Shown here: piece by piece, positions 7,926 to 16,471 of the stretch | How positions within the stretch are numbered: the stretch's first letter is position 1 | Layout: every line of letters begins with the position of its first letter | Made by a program: the position numbers and the translations under genes | Assembly (NCBI GenBank): GCA_045595285.1 | Contig: JAZOAC010000138.1 | Location: forward strand, 269-64,268 | Length of the DNA: 64,000 nucleotides | Direction: 5' to 3' | From: Kiritimatiellia bacterium | GTDB lineage: Bacteria > Verrucomicrobiota > Kiritimatiellia > RFP12 > UBA1067 | Notes under the pieces: model-generated | Database searches by the model: none | The model's input: only the letters and a program-made list of their open reading frames with translations | Told to the model about the DNA's origin: nothing

Positions 7926-10484
7926 TCAACCCTGCTGGAGCTGTTCCTTGTCGAACTGGGGACGCTTGCCGCGATACCACCAGATCATGATCGGCAATGC
8001 GATGAAGAGCGACGAATACGTACCGGCCATGATGCCGATGAGCATCGTGAGCGCAAAGTCGAAGATGGAACCGTCGCCGAAGCAGAAGAGCGACAACACC
8101 GCAAAGAGAGTCGTGAGAGACGTAATGACCGTACGAGAGAGCGTCATGTTCACAGCTCGGTTGCAGAGATCCTTGAACGGAGTCTTCTGGTCCTTGCGGA
8201 GGTCTTCACGGATGCGGTCGAACACGACGATCGTATCGTTCACGGAGTAGCCGATGATCGTGAGAATCGCCGTCACGACGATGAGCGACACCTGACGTCC
8301 GCAAAGAGAGAAGATACCGAGCGAGATGAGCGCGTCGTGAGCAAGAGCCGCAAGGGCACCGAGACCGAACCCGAACTCAAAGCGGAATCCGACATAGATG
8401 AGAATCGCACAGAGCGAGAGGATCACGGCCCATGTTCCGGACTTCTTGAGGTCCGCACCGACCATTGAACCGACTTCATCCACTGAAACCTGCTTGAATG
8501 CGGCATCAGGGAACTTCTCCTGAAGAAGCTTGGTCACGTGGGCGCCGACGTCGCGGTTCTCGAGAGCCTGCCCCTTCACCGTCTCAGCCGTCTCACCCGT
8601 CTTCACAAGAAGCGTGGTGTCGCCAACGCCCTCCTGATACTGGATGATGGCGGCATTGTCGAAAGAGTCCATCGCCTTGCGAATGTCACCAACGGCAGGC
8701 TTCTTGGCCTGATCCAATGAATACACGATCGAGGTACCGCCCGTGAGATCAACCGCAAGCACACTTGCACGATTAGTGTTGAAACGGAATACAAAGATCG
8801 CAAGGGACACGACGATGACCGCAAGCGAAATGAGAGACATCGTCTTTCCGAGCTTGACGAACGGCACCTTCGGAGTACGCGAGAAAGCCTTGAGCATGCG
8901 GAACGGCTTGGTGCGACCCGCATCGACAAAGTTGTCGAGGAGAAGTCTCGTCACCACAACTGCAGTGAACATGGAAAGCACGACACCGGCGGTGAGCGTA
9001 ATCGCGAATCCGCGAACAGGGCCAGTACCGACGATGAAGAGGATGATGCCCGTAACGATCGTCGTGATGTTGGAGTCGAGAATTGCGGTGAACGCGCGGC
9101 CGTAGCCGTTCTTGATTGCGACGCCAGCCGTACGGTTGGCCTCAAACTCCTCGCGGATACGCTCGAAGATCAGCACGTTAGCGTCAACCGCCATGCCAAG
9201 CGTAAGCACGAGACCTGCAATGCCGGGCATCGTGAGCACGGGAAGCGCCAGAGATCCGGAACCACCCATCGTGGCATCCTTGGCGAACACACCGAGAACG
9301 TTCGCAACGAGAACGAGTGCCGCGGGCAGGAGCACCACATCGAGGAAGAGCGCCACATTTGCGACAAGACCGGTAAACCAGTAGTAGAAGAACATGAAGA
9401 GTGCCACAAGACCAAAACCGAGACCCGCCGCCACGATACCGGCGTTGATTGCATCTTCACCGACCGTAGGGGCGACGGAGGACTCCGCGAGGATCATGAG
9501 GGGAGCGGGAAGCGCACCGGAGTTGAGGTCGTTGGCCAGCTGCTGGGCTTCGGCGGCAGTGAAGTGACCGGTAATCTGCCCGTGCGCACCGATCTCGCTC
9601 TGGAGCACAGGAGCGGATACGAGGATGCCGTCAAGGATGATGGCGAGCTGACGACCGCGGTCCGTGGGGTTCTTGGGACCATGTGCGATATAGTTACGCG
9701 TGAGGGTAGAGAACGTGCGGGCACCGGCAGAGTTGAGCGAGAAGGAAATCGCGAGCGAACCAGCCATGTCGCGCTCGACATGTGCGGAGACGAGCGCATC
9801 GCCCGTCAGCTCCGTCTTGCGGGACACGAAGTTAGGGGAATAGGTGCCGTCGCCATTCTTCTCAAGCATGAACTGATAGCGAGGATCGGGAGACTGGAAC
9901 GCGGCGAGACGGGCGGCATAACCCTTCGCGGATGCGATTTCGGCATAGTTCTCGACACGCTCGTAACCGGAACCGCTGGAACTCTTGCGGTAGCCTTCAG
10001 GGCTGACATCGCGGCTGAGGAGCTTGTTGCAGAGCTCGGCATTGCGCGGATGCGTAAGACGGAACTCGAGGAACGCTGCAGACTGAAGCGAACGCTTCGC
10101 CGCCCTGCGCGTCTCCTCATCGACACCGGGAAGCTGGACGAGAAGGCGATGGTCCTTCATTCCCTGAATGACAGGCTCATTCATACCCATGCCGTCGATG
10201 CGGCGGCGGACAACCTGAATGATTCGGGCGTCACAACCCTGCAGGGTGGCCTGCATCTTCTTTTCAATGGCCCCGATCTCATTGGTAATGGCTGGGTTCT
10301 CTGCGATAATGGACTCGCGAAGCTTATCCTTATCGACACCCATCGTGAACGAGGTACCGCCTTTCAGATCAAGACCGAAGCGGAGCTTCTCCTTCACCGG
10401 GAACGTAACATATATAGAGAATACCGCGATAATGAGAAGTGCGAGCCACTTCCAGATATCGTTGCGCATCGAATCAGATTTCAT
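7926..10484 (-). CDS. secDF: protein translocase subunit SecDF (fused SecD-SecF)
   Basis: 852 aa. N-terminal TM plus a large periplasmic domain (LGLDLKGGTSFTM), then two 6-TM blocks (LDSNITTIVTGIILF..., VFDRIREDL...). The length fits a SecD+SecF fusion. Confidence 0.9.
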   Translation of the reverse strand: MKSDSMRNDIWKWLALLIIAVFSIYVTFPVKEKLRFGLDLKGGTSFTMGVDKDKLRESIIAENPAITNEIGAIEKKMQATLQGCDARIIQVVRRRIDGMGMNEPVIQGMKDHRLLVQLPGVDEETRRAAKRSLQSAAFLEFRLTHPRNAELCNKLLSRDVSPEGYRKSSSGSGYERVENYAEIASAKGYAARLAAFQSPDPRYQFMLEKNGDGTYSPNFVSRKTELTGDALVSAHVERDMAGSLAISFSLNSAGARTFSTLTRNYIAHGPKNPTDRGRQLAIILDGILVSAPVLQSEIGAHGQITGHFTAAEAQQLANDLNSGALPAPLMILAESSVAPTVGEDAINAGIVAAGLGFGLVALFMFFYYWFTGLVANVALFLDVVLLPAALVLVANVLGVFAKDATMGGSGSLALPVLTMPGIAGLVLTLGMAVDANVLIFERIREEFEANRTAGVAIKNGYGRAFTAILDSNITTIVTGIILFIVGTGPVRGFAITLTAGVVLSMFTAVVVTRLLLDNFVDAGRTKPFRMLKAFSRTPKVPFVKLGKTMSLISLAVIVVSLAIFVFRFNTNRASVLAVDLTGGTSIVYSLDQAKKPAVGDIRKAMDSFDNAAIIQYQEGVGDTTLLVKTGETAETVKGQALENRDVGAHVTKLLQEKFPDAAFKQVSVDEVGSMVGADLKKSGTWAVILSLCAILIYVGFRFEFGFGLGALAALAHDALISLGIFSLCGRQVSLIVVTAILTIIGYSVNDTIVVFDRIREDLRKDQKTPFKDLCNRAVNMTLSRTVITSLTTLFAVLSLFCFGDGSIFDFALTMLIGIMAGTYSSLFIALPIMIWWYRGKRPQFDKEQLQQG

Positions 10485-10522
10485 CTTTTTTTCCTTATGT
10501 GTCCTAAAAAATAGAAGCTCAA

Positions 10523-10551
10523 ATTATACTATATGCTTGATTTAATTTCAA
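10523..10551 (-). promoter_or_regulatory. sigma70-type promoter for secDF
   Basis: Minus strand TTGAAA (10546-10551)-17 nt-TATAAT (10523-10528), 38 nt upstream of ATG 10484. The leader carries AAGGAAAAAAAG. Confidence 0.55.
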
Positions 10552-10577
10552 GCGCATAAAAATATCCTGATAAGACA

Positions 10578-10613
10578 GAAAGCCCCCCGCATAAGCAGAG
10601 GGCTTCGTTTTTC
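10578..10613. terminator. stem-loop downstream of rpsG, possible bidirectional terminator or attenuator
   Basis: gaaagcccc/gagggcttc stem (7-8 bp with a bulge). TTTTT follows on the plus strand and TTTCTGTCTT on the minus strand. It lies between the rpsG stop (10633) and the secDF promoter. Confidence 0.35.
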
Positions 10614-10632
10614 GAACCTGTCACTATCGGTG

Positions 10633-11142
10633 TTACCACGCGTAGTGAGCAAACGCCTTGTTGGCCGCGGCCATCTTATGGACGTCGTCACGCTTCTTGA
10701 TGACGCTACCCTGCCCCTGGAACGCATCGATGAGCTCATTTGCGACAGCGGCAGGCATGCCCATGCCGTGACGGCCGGAAGCGAACGTCGTCGTCCAGCG
10801 GAGCGCGAGCGAAAGCTGACGGTTGGGGGCGATCGGCACAGGAACCGGATAGGTCGTGCCGCCGACGCGACGCGTCTTTACCTCAACCTGCGGCTTCATC
10901 TGATCGATGGCGGCGGTGAGGACCTCGAGGGCATCGGTGTACTGCTTCTCGTCCTTGACAAACTTCTCAGGGTTCTTCTCAAGTGCTTCCTTGAGCTTGT
11001 CGATGGCACCATAGACAATCTTCTCTGCGGTCGTCTTCTTGCCATCCTTCATCACCACACGGATCATGTGGGCAACGAGCTCCGAATTGTACTTCGGATC
11101 GAGGGTTACGCGCTTTTCAATCTTCTTAGCTCTGCGGGACAT
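10633..11142 (-). CDS. rpsG: 30S ribosomal protein S7
   Basis: 169 aa. MSRRAKKIEKRVTLDPKYNSELV...KTRRVGGTTYPVPVPI...AHYAW, a canonical S7 sequence. Confidence 0.95.
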   Translation of the reverse strand: MSRRAKKIEKRVTLDPKYNSELVAHMIRVVMKDGKKTTAEKIVYGAIDKLKEALEKNPEKFVKDEKQYTDALEVLTAAIDQMKPQVEVKTRRVGGTTYPVPVPIAPNRQLSLALRWTTTFASGRHGMGMPAAVANELIDAFQGQGSVIKKRDDVHKMAAANKAFAHYAW

Positions 11143-11145
11143 GGC

Positions 11146-11532
11146 TTACTTACCTTCTTCCTTCTTCTGGCGCTTCATACCGTACTTGGAGCGGCTGCGA
11201 TTACGACCGTTCACGCCGAGAGAGTCAAGCTTACCGCGGATGATGTGGTAACGGACACCAGGAAGGTCCTTCACACGGCCGCCGCGAACGAGCACAACGG
11301 AGTGTTCCTGCAGATTGTGACCTTCACCAGGGATGTATGCCGTAACTTCGGTACCGGTCGTAAGGCGCACACGGGCAACCTTGCGGAGAGCCGAGTTAGG
11401 CTTCTTGGGCGTCATCGTCTTCACGACGAGACACACACCACGGCGCTGAGGGCACTCCTTCAGAGCCGGGGACTTCGAATGCTTTGCAAGCGGCTGGCGC
11501 CCCTTGCGAATCAACTGATTGATTGTCGGCAT
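11146..11532 (-). CDS. rpsL: 30S ribosomal protein S12
   Basis: 128 aa. [12 protein letters not shown]...CPQRRGVC...[18 protein letters not shown]...[17 protein letters not shown], a canonical S12 sequence. Confidence 0.97.
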   Translation of the reverse strand: MPTINQLIRKGRQPLAKHSKSPALKECPQRRGVCLVVKTMTPKKPNSALRKVARVRLTTGTEVTAYIPGEGHNLQEHSVVLVRGGRVKDLPGVRYHIIRGKLDSLGVNGRNRSRSKYGMKRQKKEEGK

Positions 11533-11571
11533 TTAGCTCAATTTCCTTTTGGTTCGAAAAAACGGAGTCGT

Positions 11572-11600
11572 AATATACCAAAAATTGCCTTTCTGCGCAA
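11572..11600 (-). promoter_or_regulatory. sigma70-type promoter for rpsL-rpsG
   Basis: Minus strand TTGCGC (11595-11600)-17 nt-TGgTATATT (-10 at 11572-11577), 39 nt upstream of ATG 11532. The leader carries AAAGGAAA. Confidence 0.55.
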
Positions 11601-11644
11601 GTCCCGATTTTATCATAAAAATAAAAGCGAAAATTAAGCTCGTT

Positions 11645-11914
11645 TCATATGAACTCTGGCACGTCCGGCGCCTTGAGATCAAAGGCTGACAACACGAGTT
11701 TTCCAAGGGGATCATCTCTGCGCAGGTCATCATCGGCATGTTCATCAAAGACCTCAAGACCCGTCAGCTGTCGCTCAGTGACGGTAAGGGCCGGACCAAG
11801 CATCTCTCCGCCCTTCAGTTGAGCAGACTTGTCCGAAACAATCTCATGCGCATCTGCAAACCTTGCATCCACAGCACGATTGGCATTTAAGGCAGTGTTC
11901 AAATCGATGTCCAT
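11645..11914 (-). CDS. hypothetical small acidic protein (89 aa)
   Basis: ORF 11645-11950 trimmed to ATG 11914, which is preceded by GGAGGGG 5 nt upstream. MDIDLNTALNANRAVDARF...DEHADDDLRRDDPLGK. No TM or signal peptide and no family recognised. Confidence 0.6.
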   Translation of the reverse strand: MDIDLNTALNANRAVDARFADAHEIVSDKSAQLKGGEMLGPALTVTERQLTGLEVFDEHADDDLRRDDPLGKLVLSAFDLKAPDVPEFI

Positions 11915-12001
11915 AGTTCCCCTCCGAATACAGTACACCACACGGCGCAAAAGGTTACAGGTGCTTCTTAAAATTCATCGTGCATGCAAATGGACGTAAA
12001 T

Positions 12002-12565
12002 TCATCCGCGCACGGCAAGTGTGAACACTCCGATTACCTTCGCTTCCCCTGGACGTTTAAGCGGGACTTCAACAACCACCTCGTCGTCGTCGGACGGAAG
12101 GGAGGGGAAATCGACGACACCCTGTGCAATTGCCTCCGGCGCATCCTTTTCTCCAACCATTGCGGAAAGAGCATCCATAGGGGCCGAGGCGATGTCCGCA
12201 TATCCCACCATAGCCTTCTCCATGAAGTCCGCACCCATCCTCAACGCATATTTCGAGGTAAGACGCGCAAACCTCTTCAGCTTCTGCACCGTCACCGGCT
12301 CGGTGATCGAAACGGCGAAAGCCGTGCGTCCATCGACATCCTCGCGGAACACGACACGCTTCGCCCATTCTTCAGTGGAGAAATCCACTTTCCCCTTGCG
12401 GAATGTGGCCTCCCGCGCCGCAGACTTGCGGGCTATGCCGGCCCTGGGCCATATCATGTCCACACAGACAAGATTGCGGCTTCTGAGCAGTTTGCGCTCC
12501 GGCAGAGACGCAAGCTCCGCCCTTACAAGAGAGACCTCAAGCATCTTCTTCACTCGTTTCGCCAT
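12002..12565 (-). CDS. hypothetical protein (187 aa)
   Basis: ATG 12565 with AAGGAG 9 nt upstream. Basic N-terminus MAKRVKKMLEV and acidic C-terminal stretch PSLPSDDDEVVVEVP. No recognisable motif. Confidence 0.65.
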   Translation of the reverse strand: MAKRVKKMLEVSLVRAELASLPERKLLRSRNLVCVDMIWPRAGIARKSAAREATFRKGKVDFSTEEWAKRVVFREDVDGRTAFAVSITEPVTVQKLKRFARLTSKYALRMGADFMEKAMVGYADIASAPMDALSAMVGEKDAPEAIAQGVVDFPSLPSDDDEVVVEVPLKRPGEAKVIGVFTLAVRG

Positions 12566-12656
12566 ATTGCATTTCTCCTTGTGTTAAGATTGTATTCCAA
12601 ACTCCTGAAAGTGCGCTTCACCTTGTCTTCGAGCATGGCAACAGTCCTATCTGAGC

Positions 12657-12690
12657 AAAAGGCGGATGACAAATGCCATCCGCCCTTTTC
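12657..12690 (-). terminator. rho-independent (bidirectional) terminator after oadB
   Basis: Perfect 8-bp stem ggcggatg/catccgcc with an 8-nt loop, flanked by AAAA (12657-12660) and TTTT (12686-12689). It starts 31 nt downstream of the oadB stop. Confidence 0.7.
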
Positions 12691-12715
12691 TGCAAACAAC
12701 TGCCGGCGACCGTCT

Positions 12716-14239
12716 TTAGCGGCAGAGGGTGTAGAGAACGCCGGCCACGACGGCGGAACCGATGACACCCGAGACGTTCGGGCCCATGGCCTGCATGAGG
12801 ACGAAGTTCGTGGGATCGTTCTCGAGCGCGACCTTGTTCGACACGCGGGCCGCCATTGGAACGGCGGAGACGCCGGCGGAACCGATCAACGGATTGACCT
12901 TCTGCTTCGAGAAGAGGTTCATGATCTTGGCCATGATCACACCGGCTGCCGTGCCCACGCAGAACGCACAGAGACCGAGCGCGAGAATCGCAAGCGTCGT
13001 GCCGGAGAGGAACTTCTCGCAGGCAAGCTTCGATCCGACGGAGAGACCAAGCATGATCGTGACGATGTTGATGAGCGCATTGGACATCGTGTCGGCGATG
13101 CGGCCGACCGATGGACCGACCTCCTTGGCGAGGTTGCCGAGCATGAGAGCGCCGATAAGCGGCACTGCGGACGGCAGAAGCAACGCGCAGAGGAGAAGCA
13201 CCACAAGCGGGAAGCATATCTTCTCGATCTTCTTGACCTCACGGAGCATGGGCATCTTGATGAGACGCTCTTCCTTGGTGGTGAGGGCGTTCATGATCGG
13301 CGGCTGAATGATCGGCACGAGAGCCATGTAGGAGTACGCCGCGACCGCGATTGCGCCGAGAAGATCCGGGGCGAGGCGGGACGTCAGCCAGATGGCGGTA
13401 GGACCGTCAGCGCCGCCGATGATGCCGATGGAAGCGGCAGCCTTGAGAGGATCGACGCCAGGACCGAAGAAGTCCACACCGAAGATCGAAGCGCAGGCAA
13501 GAGAACCGAAAAGCGCGAAGAAGATGCCGAACTGCGCGGCGCCGCCGAGAAGAGCGGCCTTAGGGTTGGCGATCAACGGAGCAAAGTCTGTCATTGCGCC
13601 CACGCCCATGAAGATCATGATCGGGAACACGCCCGTGTCGATGCCGAAGCGGAAGAAGTAGTAGAGGAACCCGCCCGGTTCGACAATGCCGCCGGACATG
13701 ACAGGCAGCCCGCTCTCAAGGAAGGAAATCGCGCCGCTGTGCATCATTGCCGGCATCGTCACGCCGGAAAGCGGGCAATTGGCGAGAAGTCCGCCGAATC
13801 CGATCGGAAGAAGAAGCAACGGTTCGAAGCCCTTCACGATAGCGAGATACATGAGAATGAGGCACACGGGAATCATGATGAGCTGTCCAACGCCGTAAGG
13901 CATGTTGAAGAGCGTCTTCACCTCGTGCCCCTTGACGAAACTGCCAAAGTCATCGAAGTAACCGCCGACCCACTTGCCTTCCTTGTTCCAATAGCCGTTG
14001 CGGTTCGCACCGACGTTGTCACCGGTACGCGGTCTGGAAAAATCAGGCATGGGAGCACGGTCCGCAACATCGAAGTTTCCGGTGATGTAGGCCGGAGCAT
14101 CCTTCTTCATGAAAGCCATGAAGCCCGTGTCTCCCGAAAGGTCCTTAACCTTCCCGAGCGTCTTCTGCCAAGCCGCACCTTCCGCCTGCGCGAAGAACGC
14201 ACCGCAGAGGGCGAGCATCATGATAATTGCACGTTTCAT
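12716..14239 (-). CDS. oadB: Na+-translocating oxaloacetate (or related) decarboxylase beta subunit with a ~100-aa N-terminal secreted extension
   Basis: 507 aa. The core from about residue 105 ([19 protein letters not shown]...[10 protein letters not shown]...[13 protein letters not shown]...[16 protein letters not shown]) is canonical OadB/GcdB/MmdB. The N-terminus [21 protein letters not shown] is signal-like. AAGGAG lies 7 nt upstream of ATG 14239. Confidence 0.9.
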   Translation of the reverse strand: MKRAIIMMLALCGAFFAQAEGAAWQKTLGKVKDLSGDTGFMAFMKKDAPAYITGNFDVADRAPMPDFSRPRTGDNVGANRNGYWNKEGKWVGGYFDDFGSFVKGHEVKTLFNMPYGVGQLIMIPVCLILMYLAIVKGFEPLLLLPIGFGGLLANCPLSGVTMPAMMHSGAISFLESGLPVMSGGIVEPGGFLYYFFRFGIDTGVFPIMIFMGVGAMTDFAPLIANPKAALLGGAAQFGIFFALFGSLACASIFGVDFFGPGVDPLKAAASIGIIGGADGPTAIWLTSRLAPDLLGAIAVAAYSYMALVPIIQPPIMNALTTKEERLIKMPMLREVKKIEKICFPLVVLLLCALLLPSAVPLIGALMLGNLAKEVGPSVGRIADTMSNALINIVTIMLGLSVGSKLACEKFLSGTTLAILALGLCAFCVGTAAGVIMAKIMNLFSKQKVNPLIGSAGVSAVPMAARVSNKVALENDPTNFVLMQAMGPNVSGVIGSAVVAGVLYTLCR

Positions 14240-14314
14240 CTAAAACTCCTTTTATCGCCAGTGGATAGCCGCCGTATTTCAACCAACGACTAACCACCAA
14301 CGACTGACAACTGG

Positions 14315-16108
14315 TTATCCTATGACAGCGAGAACATCGCCGGTGGCGACCTTGTCCGTCTGCGAGACGAGAACGGTCACCGTGCCGTCGCAGGGAGCGG
14401 TGACGGGCGTTTCCATCTTCATCACGTCCATGACGAGGAGTTCATCACCCTTCGCGACACTCTGGCCGTTCTGCGCGGTGACGCGGAGAACCATGCCCGG
14501 AACCGGAGCCTTGACCTCCTGTCCACCCGCGGGGGCAGCAGCGGCGGCGGGCGCAGCCTTGAGACCGGCCTCGGCCTTGAAATCGACGGCCTTACCGTTC
14601 ACGACAGCCTTGCCGTCGCCCTTGATCTCTACGCCGTAGGCCTTGCCGTTGATCGTGACGGTTACAGGTCCGCCCTTGCCGGCGGCAGGTTTCTCGTCCT
14701 CTGCGAAGCGGCAACCCATCGGACCCTTGCCCTGAAGGAAGAGAATGCCCTTCTCAAGACAGCTTGCGGAAATGAACACGTTCTCGTCGGTGATCGGGAG
14801 ACCGGCCTCGGCGAGACGGGCTTCGGCGGCCTTGCGGCCCTTCTTGGGATCGGCATCGTTGATCTCGAGAACCGTCTTGGTAGTGGGCTCGAGCTTCATG
14901 AACTCGGCGGCCTTCTTGACGATCTCCGGATCGGGGGCGACCGGCGTCTTGCCGAAGTAGCCGAGAACCATCTTGGCGTAGCCGGGGGCGAACTTGTTGA
15001 ACTTGCCGAACATGACGTTCTGGATGGCCTGCTGGGCATAGAACTGCGAAACGGGCGTGACGGACGTGCCGAAGCCGCCAAGGCGGACGCAGTCGTACAT
15101 CTCCGCGATCATGTCGTCGTACTTGTCCATCATGTTGTTGTCGCGGAGCATCTGCGTGTTGGCCGTCAAAGCGCCGCCCGGCATCGGACTCCACACGATC
15201 TGCGGGTTCACGTTCATCGCTTCCGGCGGGAGGAAGTACTTCTTCATCGCGTTCTTGAAGCTGTCCTCGGCCTTCTTGATCTTGTTGATGTCGAAGTCGA
15301 AGCCGAAATCGGGATCGCCGTCAAGGCAGTGCCACATCGTGATGATGTCGGGCTGGCAGGTGCCGCCGCTCATCGGGGCCATGGAGAGGTCGAGACCGTC
15401 CGCACCGCCCTTGAGGGCCGCGAGGTAGCAGCTGATTCCGTTTCCGGCGGTCTCGTGGCTGTGGAACTGGATGTGGACCTTGTCGCCGAGAAGCTTGCGG
15501 GCCGCCTGCATCGTCTCGAACACGGTGCGGGGCGTGGAGGTGCCGGATGCGTCCTTGAAGCAGACGCGGTCGAAGGGGATGCCGGCATCCATGATCTTTT
15601 TGAGGCGGTCACGATAGAACTCTGCGCAGTGCGTACCCTGCGTGTCGATTCCCGGGGGAAGACCCATCATCGTGACGACGACTTCGTGGTTGAGACCCGC
15701 ATCGTGGATGCACTGGCCGGACCACTTGAGGTTGTCCACGTCGTTGAGGGCGTCAAAGTTGCGGATGGAACTCATTCCATGCTTCTTGAACATGTCGGCA
15801 TGGAGCTTGATCATGTCGGAGCTCTGGGAGTCGAGTCCGACGACGTTCACGCCGCGGGAAAGGGTCTGCAGATCGGCCTCGGGAGCGGCCTTGCGGAATG
15901 CGTCCATGACGTCGAACGCATCTTCCTGGCAGTAAAAATAGCAGCTCTGGAAGCGGGCTCCGCCGCCAGCCTCGAACCAGCGGACGCCGGCATCGTAGCA
16001 CTCCTCCACACAAGGGAGGAAGTCCTTGGAGAGAACGCGCGCACCGACCACGGACTGGAAACCGTCACGGAACGCTGTGAGCATGTACTTTACTGTTTTC
16101 TTGGCCAT
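14315..16108 (-). CDS. oadA: oxaloacetate decarboxylase alpha subunit (carboxyltransferase + biotin carrier domain)
   Basis: 597 aa. HMGL-like carboxyltransferase (FRDGFQS, FEAGGGARFQ, HFHSHETAGNG) and a C-terminal biotinyl domain with VMDVMKMETPV. Confidence 0.9.
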   Translation of the reverse strand: MAKKTVKYMLTAFRDGFQSVVGARVLSKDFLPCVEECYDAGVRWFEAGGGARFQSCYFYCQEDAFDVMDAFRKAAPEADLQTLSRGVNVVGLDSQSSDMIKLHADMFKKHGMSSIRNFDALNDVDNLKWSGQCIHDAGLNHEVVVTMMGLPPGIDTQGTHCAEFYRDRLKKIMDAGIPFDRVCFKDASGTSTPRTVFETMQAARKLLGDKVHIQFHSHETAGNGISCYLAALKGGADGLDLSMAPMSGGTCQPDIITMWHCLDGDPDFGFDFDINKIKKAEDSFKNAMKKYFLPPEAMNVNPQIVWSPMPGGALTANTQMLRDNNMMDKYDDMIAEMYDCVRLGGFGTSVTPVSQFYAQQAIQNVMFGKFNKFAPGYAKMVLGYFGKTPVAPDPEIVKKAAEFMKLEPTTKTVLEINDADPKKGRKAAEARLAEAGLPITDENVFISASCLEKGILFLQGKGPMGCRFAEDEKPAAGKGGPVTVTINGKAYGVEIKGDGKAVVNGKAVDFKAEAGLKAAPAAAAAPAGGQEVKAPVPGMVLRVTAQNGQSVAKGDELLVMDVMKMETPVTAPCDGTVTVLVSQTDKVATGDVLAVIG

Positions 16109-16154
16109 TTTCGTTTTTCCTTGTTAAATGTCATTGGTGAAATCGAGGAACCCA

Positions 16155-16379
16155 TCAGCCCATCGCGATGGCGATTGCAAGGGCGATGTTCTCATCGTCG
16201 TTTGCGACGACCGCCTTGGGTGCCTTCTTCGGCGCATCTTGAGGTAGTATGTGATCAAATTTCGCGACAAAAGCCGATGAATATTTGGCCGTCGCAACAA
16301 GAATCACAAGGAACAGGTATACGATGCCCATTCCTGCGATCATCAGAACTAATCCTTGACCTAACAGATCCATTTGCAT
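16155..16379 (-). CDS. oadG: oxaloacetate decarboxylase gamma subunit (OadG family)
   Basis: 74 aa, single TM (GLVLMIAGMGIVYLFLVILV), located directly upstream of oadA. AAGGAG precedes the ATG. Confidence 0.75.
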   Translation of the reverse strand: MQMDLLGQGLVLMIAGMGIVYLFLVILVATAKYSSAFVAKFDHILPQDAPKKAPKAVVANDDENIALAIAIAMG

Positions 16380-16403
16380 TCTCCTTTGGAAAAATTTTCG
16401 GAA

Positions 16404-16432
16404 AGTATATCAAAACACCGTTTCCCTTTCAA
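16404..16432 (-). promoter_or_regulatory. sigma70-type promoter for oadGAB
   Basis: Minus strand TTGAAA (16427-16432)-17 nt-TATACT (16404-16409) with an upstream TGa. 24-nt leader with a Shine-Dalgarno. Confidence 0.6.
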
Positions 16433-16471
16433 GAACCATGTCGGCAACCGGGCATCTCGCATCCCCCCGAC

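Noticed and set aside
11549-11560. GGTTCGAA (T-loop-like) motif suggesting a tRNA
   Set aside because: It lies in the rpsL leader between the promoter and the Shine-Dalgarno. No acceptor, D or anticodon stems can be drawn around it.
11984-14293. 769-aa plus-strand ORF
   Set aside because: It lies exactly antisense to oadB and the two orphan genes. It is Arg/His/Asp-rich low-complexity translation typical of mirror frames in high-GC DNA. It has no Shine-Dalgarno, and the opposite strand encodes an unmistakable OadB.
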